From Epithemia pelagica (Eukaryota; Protista; Bacillariophyta), in contig OX337238.1 in assembly GCA_946965045.2 (NCBI GenBank), positions 2,790,001 to 2,854,000 on the forward strand: a DNA stretch of 64,000 bases, given 5' to 3'. The position numbers and the translations under genes were made by a program. Below the pieces are notes generated by a model. The model made no database searches. It had not been told where the DNA came from and saw only the letters and a list, made by a program, of their open reading frames with translations. Below are positions 58,591 to 64,000 of this stretch, piece after piece; positions within the stretch are counted from its first letter, which is position 1, and each line of letters opens with the position of its first letter.

Positions 58591-59710
58591 AAAGTGTTAA
58601 TTGAGAAATATAAATACTATGATTTAAACTCAGTCATTTACCAACATTCTGGGAGAAATGCACTCCACGTTGTGTAACACAAACGTGCGAAAGCAAACAT
58701 AGTTCTAGAGAGCTCACTTCAAGCAATCACTTCGTGATGTTGCTACGATCCTGTGGCACAAGGAACGATCTGCTTTGTTGGACCCACTGCATTGAAGTGC
58801 ATTGCAGAAGTCCCCGGAAAAGATTTTGTGCGTCCGGTCGGTTCTTCTCTAGATCTGATGCGTGTCCGCAGGTTTTGTGGAGGCCACTGTTCGACGCCCC
58901 ACTTCGCCCGGCGTTGCGCCCGGGACGCGCCGGCGGATTCGCGCCATAATTTTTTAATATCCACGTTGTCATTGACAATGGGAAATGGGAGTGACAAAAT
59001 GCCGTTCCGCTGTGGATTTGGCCATTGCAGCAATCTGTTTTGGATATCGTGTACGGGACGAGAAACTTGTTATGCAAGCCAGCAACAAGACGATCTGGAA
59101 GTGCTCTTAAATGGCCTCAAAGACTGAAAGGACAAATCAACTAACCAAGGTAGTAATAGGGAGACCACAATGGCGACAAGCCATGGGCAAGAAAACTCCA
59201 GCAGCAAAACAAGGTCGTAACCACATAAAGGCCCAATTGAACATTCTCCTACGCCAGCACGACACCCTCTCCCGAATGATCAGGCTGCAGCAGTATAAAC
59301 TGTTATCGGTCCATCTCCATCTCCTCTCACTTTCATCAGTTGGCATCTGATGATGAATCCTGATCCATATCCTTTTCGTCTCTTGTTGGCAGAATCATCA
59401 CCATCACAATGAACGAGACGGCCCACACATTTCGCACACGTACGTTTCCAGAGTGTTTGTGTCAAGGATGATGCTAATGACAATCCAGAATCCAGACACT
59501 TTCAAGGACCCACGACCAGGAGGACACTGCTACTGTCAAGCAAATGAGCCACAACCAGCCAGCATCACACATACCGCGGTTCCGGAACGAGGCGTGCTGC
59601 TGGAATAAGGGCGAGACCTCTCTTGTGTCATAGGAGTGCGGGTGAGAACAATCGATTGTTAGAATAGGTTGGATAGATGCACTGCCGAGATTGTATTCAC
59701 TTCTCCTACC

Positions 59711-59895
59711 AATGCTCCTTGTGCGACACTCTCCTTGGTTGACAAGAATACATGGTGTTTTTGCCAAGTATAATCGTTGGGTCAAGAACAGACTCACTGC
59801 GATCTACTCCAGGGCGTACTGCAACATGGAAGGAGTCTCATGAGCGCCCTAAGAAGAAGTCATCATCTGGCATAACTGAGACGAGGAAAATGTCA
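59711..59895 (+). pseudogene. 3'-terminal remnant of a Kelch copy
   Basis: TTGTGCGACACTCTCCTTGGTTGACAAGAATAC...GGGTCAAGAACAGACTCACTGCGATCT matches the end of copy 5. Confidence 0.75.
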
Positions 59896-60534
59896 ATTGA
59901 GCAGTATAAATAGTAGGAGTGAAACGCAGTCATGACAATGAGGGTTCGAACTGCTTTTGCTGTCAAGTGCATTTACAAACATGCTGGGAGAAATGTATTT
60001 TCCATAATGACTGGAACGTTCCATTTGCCAAACTCACGACAATGCGGCTACAAAGGAACACGAAACCAGCAGCACAATTGACCAACAGCCCAACGAGCAT
60101 ACCGCTTTTGGGAGAAGGAAAAGGCGTTTGGCTGCGATGCTGGTGTATTGTGCAAAACAGCCAGAAGGAATCTGAAGCTTGGCCTGACTGGAACCCTTTT
60201 GCCACCGTATCGTTGGAAGTGTTCGTCCGTTGCAGTCTTGAGGCCCTTTCCCCTCGAAATGGGATTGTCGGCGATCTTTGGTTTTGTGCGGGGGTGGCTT
60301 TTTCTTTCGTGGATGGTTTTGGACCCGTTCATCTGTCCAAGGCCATCCATCCGAGAATGCAATGATTGAAATCGCCACCGTGGAGGTGCGTCCGTCGTTG
60401 CTGCTGTCTTTCGTTCCGGTTTTGGTGTAAAAAAAAAAAGAATATTCAGTCCATCTCGTTCGGAGTCCATTTTCGTATTGTTTTGAAGAGAAAGACGAAG
60501 GTCTGAGGTCAATTCCTGCGAGTTTGCAAGTACT

Positions 60535-61746
60535 ATGACGATGGAACTGCAACAGCAAGCAAAGCAATCTGGGCTTGCCTTTTTGGACAGTGACAATGAC
60601 AGTCTTACGCCTCATTGGAATACCAATGACTGGCCTGCCCTTTTAGGTGGGTGGCGTGAGTATCATGCTTCAGTCGTGCTCGACCATCCCGAACTGGATG
60701 ACAGGGCACAGACGGTTGTTGTTTTGGGAGGGAAGAAAAAAAATCAAGGGTTGACCAACTCAGTTCAGCTGATGAATTTGGCAGAAGAAAATTAGCAATG
60801 GCGGGAAGGACCGCCGTTGAACAGCAACCGAGCCTATCATGCTGCGGTGGTTTGTAGTGGAGGAGTTTACGTGATAGGAGGAGACAGTGGAAGTTCACGC
60901 TTGGATAGTATCGAACGGATTGATGTTCAAAAGTTGTATTCCGAATCCATGGAAAGCTCTACCAGCAACCAATGGACGACCCTGACTTGTCGATTGTCGA
61001 CGGCAAGAGATGAATGTTCGGCTGATGCCGTCCAAAATCGCTATATTGTCGTGATTGGTGGATCCAACGGATACTGTTTGTCGTCGGTTGATATAATCGA
61101 TACAGCTGCGCCAAGCAACCACACTGTGATTGTGGGACCATCCATGACAGTTCCTCGTTGTGGTTGTGCAAGTGCTGTCATTGGTGATCGCATTTTTGTT
61201 GTTGGAGGCTGCAATGGGCACTCTGGAGAAGATCTCAAATCAGTGGAGTACTTGGAGATTCATGAACCTCCAGGCAATGAGACAATGACCACAGCAGGTG
61301 CAGTGTTTCCATCCTCATGCCGTTGGACACGTCATGACCAGCTTGAGCTTTGCATGTCACGCTGTCAGCATGCAGTTGTAGCTGTAGGATCATGTCTGAT
61401 TGTAATGGGAGGCTACTTTGGCGTGGACACTGCAGAAGTCTTGGATACTCGCCGAAACACTGTGTCGACCTTTCCCCAATTATCAGGGCCGCGTTATATC
61501 TCCGATGCAGTGGTTCACTCGAGGGGAATTGCTGTGATTAGTGTAGATGATAATGCTTCTTGTGCGACACTATCGTTGTTTGACAAGAATACGTGGTATT
61601 TTTGTCGACTCAGTGAGCAGCCGCCGAGTACAATCTTTGGGACAAGAACAGACTCACTGCGATCTGCTCTGGAAGCTACTACAGCATTGAAGGAGTTTGA
61701 TGAACGCCCTAAGAAGATGTTATCAACTGGCAAAACTGAGACGTAA
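60535..61746 (+). pseudogene. Kelch copy 6, close paralog of copy 1, with a nonsense codon at 60793-60795
   Basis: AEEN*QW (TAG) where copy 1 reads AEENKQW (AAG). The downstream spacer 61747-62590 also parallels 10370-11210. Confidence 0.9.
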
Positions 61747-62594
61747 AAAGTGTTAATTGAGAAATACAAGTACTAGTAGTAAAACATAGTGATGCGAATG
61801 AGTTCTATAGGGTTGCTGTTTTCTGCACGGTCCTGTCCTCGTGTTGGCGTTAAAAGTGGTAGTGGTGTATGGCCTGAAGCTGTCCTTGGCTTTTGTTGCA
61901 ACGATATCTGTTTTAGAACCCGGCCCCTACATTGCATCGCAAAAATCACCACACCAATGGATACGAAATGCTCATCCTTTCCATGTTTTGCTGCTGCTCA
62001 ATTCGGTTTGCGCAAGTAAGCAATCGTAGTACTTTCTGCGTTCATTGTCACCGTCCGACAAAATCCTTAACACCTTTCTCAACTCATTGTAAAAGGTCCA
62101 AGGCTGTTGTGTTTTCGCAAATGCCGGCAACAAGCCAGTGAGCGAACAAACTGGTCTGCAGACAAGTATGGTATTGTTGGTCGCAAAGCAACCTTTCTTC
62201 ATATATAGGTGACGAGAAAGCGAACGAACCCGACCAAAGTTGACAGAAAGATGTTATCCACATGCGGTTCGTTTGAGTCAAACTACTAGTGTTCGCGGAG
62301 AGAGATTGGATATTCCAGAATGACAACTGGCACCCAAATTGGCCGTTGTGAATGCAACTGGCCCTTGCCGTGATGCAAGTCGTGAACAAACCGAGTTGCC
62401 CTGCGCGTGACATAGCATGCCTCCAGTTGTCGCCTTGATGAACTAGGGTTGGTGACCCCACTCTTCAACTCCATGTGACAAAAGATCGTCCTGGCAATTC
62501 GCATGGACATGGCCGAGAACCGTTGGTCTTTTTGAATCAAGGGGCCTTTCAGGCATGTCAATACGTGGAACGAGAGGTGAACCACACGCCAGTG

Positions 62595-64000
62595 CTCTCT
62601 TTTTTCGTCCTCGTCTCTTTTCGACGCCCTTTTACAGTTCGCATCGCAGTCCTACACCCTACACTGACTTCTGTACTACTTTTATCTCATTGGAAGGCAT
62701 CCGAGTCCCGAGTCCGAATTACTATACTCGAACCTCCGATTCCGATCCCGTCTGAGACGCCCGCGACTCGACATAAAAAATGAATCCCCGTCTGTCCGAG
62801 TCACGGATGTCACGGGCCAACAAAAAAAAGAGGCATTGTTATTATTTTCTCTGCTTTGGCCTGGTAGTCGCACTAAAGATCCACCATCCTTTTTTGTTGG
62901 CAGAATCACCATGACGACCTACGGACAAAACGACGGCCCACACACATTCGCACACGTTTCCAGTGTGTTTGTTGTGTCAAGAATGATGATGATGATCGAG
63001 TGATGGCGGAAATCCTCCAGACACACTCCGATGAACAGCACTCTCCAAACGGCATGACGGATGATTTGCGCAGAGAATGGTTCCTTTTTTGGGAGGATGA
63101 TGCCAGCCACGAAACTCTCATCCTGTCGTAGTCCCTAGTCCCCGGAACCCTCGTTGCTGAATTTCGCGGGTCCTTTTTGGGCCACTATATAATACATGAG
63201 GATGATACCCAGCACGAAACGCCGCCATGAATCTCTTAACCAATTATCCTCGAACCAAACCAAAATAAAACAAAACCATGGAGCCACATTCACAACCACA
63301 ACCACAAGGACGAGGACTACACAATGCTGCTAATACAAAAGGCAGCAAGAGACTAGCATTCTACCATTACCATTGGCACTGTTTCGCAACGACTTGTTGA
63401 GTTGCGACACTGCTCGTGCCACACAGTGAGGAGAGAACGAGCGATGATGAGGCTAATGATTGAACCATGAGCTCACAAAGAAGAGAGAACCAAAGTCGCT
63501 GTCTCAACGTGGAAGCTCCTAGCATTCGCGTTTGCCAGTGTGGGACAACCGTGTGTGATCGATGATTGGATTGGAACCTATGGATTTGGCCCATTTCGTT
63601 GCGCATGGAGGAGGATAGAGCGTTTGGCTGTGATGCTGATGTATTGTACAAACAGCCAGAAGGAATTTGAAAAGTGCCTCAAGACTGTAACGGACAAGTA
63701 CTGCTAACTTACCAATATACAGTGGCAAAGGGGTTCCAGTGAGGCCACGCGTTCTTCGAAATGGTCAGTGTATTCGTGGAATCTCTGGATTTGTGCCGAA
63801 GCAGTTATTTTCGTGGATGGTTTTGGACCCGTTCATCTGTCCAAGGTCATCCATCCGATGACTCAAAGAAGGATGGTTTTGGACGTGTTCATCTGTCCAA
63901 GGCCATCCATCCGAGGATATACGACCATGATTCAAATCGCCGCGTAGAGGTGCGTCCGTCGTTGCTGCCGTCTTTGGTTCCTGCTTTGGTGTGAAAGGTC
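62595..64000 (+). repeat. Second copy of 55865-57270, running to the window end
   Basis: Same sequence at offset 6730. Confidence 0.92.

Noticed and set aside
58727-59127. Overlapping ORFs around a GC-rich patch at ~58890-58945
   Set aside because: No recognisable domain, TIR or TSD; cannot be supported as a feature.
9158-61746. Kelch genes as RAG2-like partners of the RAG1-like transposase
   Set aside because: They lie outside the element's TIRs, are canonical Kelch repeats without a PHD finger, and the same spacer also took unrelated TEs. Proximity alone is no evidence.
8868-63907. The 38-nt palindromic repeats as a CRISPR array
   Set aside because: They occur singly or in pairs kilobases apart, with no series of unique spacers and no cas genes, in a eukaryotic context.
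1-64000. rRNA or complete tRNA genes
   Set aside because: None recognised; the only tRNA-like sequences are the 14-nt primer-binding sites.

Overview
Eukaryotic, repeat-rich genomic DNA, most likely from a diatom or a related stramenopile (inferred from CoDi-type Ty1/copia elements; not provable from the sequence alone). The host backbone is a tandem array of intronless six-bladed Kelch-repeat genes on the + strand (3 intact, 3 disrupted, 1 remnant), interleaved with copies of an unknown low-complexity gene on the - strand and an AdhE-like pseudogene fragment. About 57% of the window is seven transposon insertions, each delimited by terminal repeats and target-site duplications: (1) a 6.9-kb hAT element (883-7808) carrying a second, convergent gene with an endonuclease III/NTHL1-type HhH-GPD DNA glycosylase domain; (2-4) a triple nest of copia A (13186-28196) > copia B (15490-24308) > Tc2-like MITE (18375-18807) inside a Kelch gene; (5) a 6.1-kb Chapaev/Transib-like (RAG1-core-like) element (33571-39711) whose bipartite termini differ by 11 bp and can be read as heptamer+23 and heptamer+12; (6) a 1.86-kb internally deleted two-gene TIR element (39775-41637); (7) an apparently intact copia C (41701-48348) with gag-UGA-pol in one frame and a stem-loop after the stop. 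All three copia elements have primer-binding sites matching tRNA anticodon arms (half-tRNA priming). The best candidates for a novel system are the glycosylase-carrying hAT and the RAG1-like transposon with 12/23-like ends. All alignments and mismatch counts were done by eye; no database search was run.
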